Positions 63,956-64,000 of a stretch of 64,000 bases of DNA are shown in pieces. The position numbers were made by a program, and so were the translations under genes. The notes beneath the pieces were generated by a model, which did no database searches, was not told where the DNA came from, and was given only the letters and a program-made list of their open reading frames with translations. The stretch comes from Enoplolaimus lenunculus (lineage: Eukaryota), in assembly GCA_030248215.1 (NCBI GenBank), contig JASANG010000266.1, forward strand, positions 124,001-188,000. Direction: 5' to 3'. How positions within the stretch are numbered: the stretch's first letter is position 1; every line of letters begins with the position of its first letter.

Positions 63956-64000
63956 GTATTTTAAATTTAAAATGAAGTTACGGTATATTTTTGATAGAAG

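Overview
AT-rich, intron-rich animal genomic DNA. By reading splice sites and translating by hand I assembled four multi-exon genes: ASPSCR1/TUG (+, 2750-10576), a Tectonic-family ciliary gene (-, 22528-12770), a TAO-family STE20 kinase (+, 29377-44133) and MARF1/limkain-b1 (+, from 50812, running off the window). Introns and spacers are packed with non-autonomous transposons, some nested. Highlights: (1) a candidate fifth gene resembling KICS2/C12orf66 on the minus strand, interdigitated with MARF1 and apparently overlapping two MARF1 coding exons; (2) a U12-type AT-AC intron and an RFX X-box at the Tectonic gene; (3) several repeat families carrying an internal tRNA-derived Pol III cassette, two of them bounded by inverted termini; (4) a MITE family with 8-bp TSDs carrying TTAGGC telomere-like repeats; (5) CTGGC-ended MITEs with 5-bp TSDs that I cannot assign to a superfamily. 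TTAGGC repeats plus a minor intron suggest an early-branching nematode (inference only). All homology calls rest on recalled reference sequences, not database searches.
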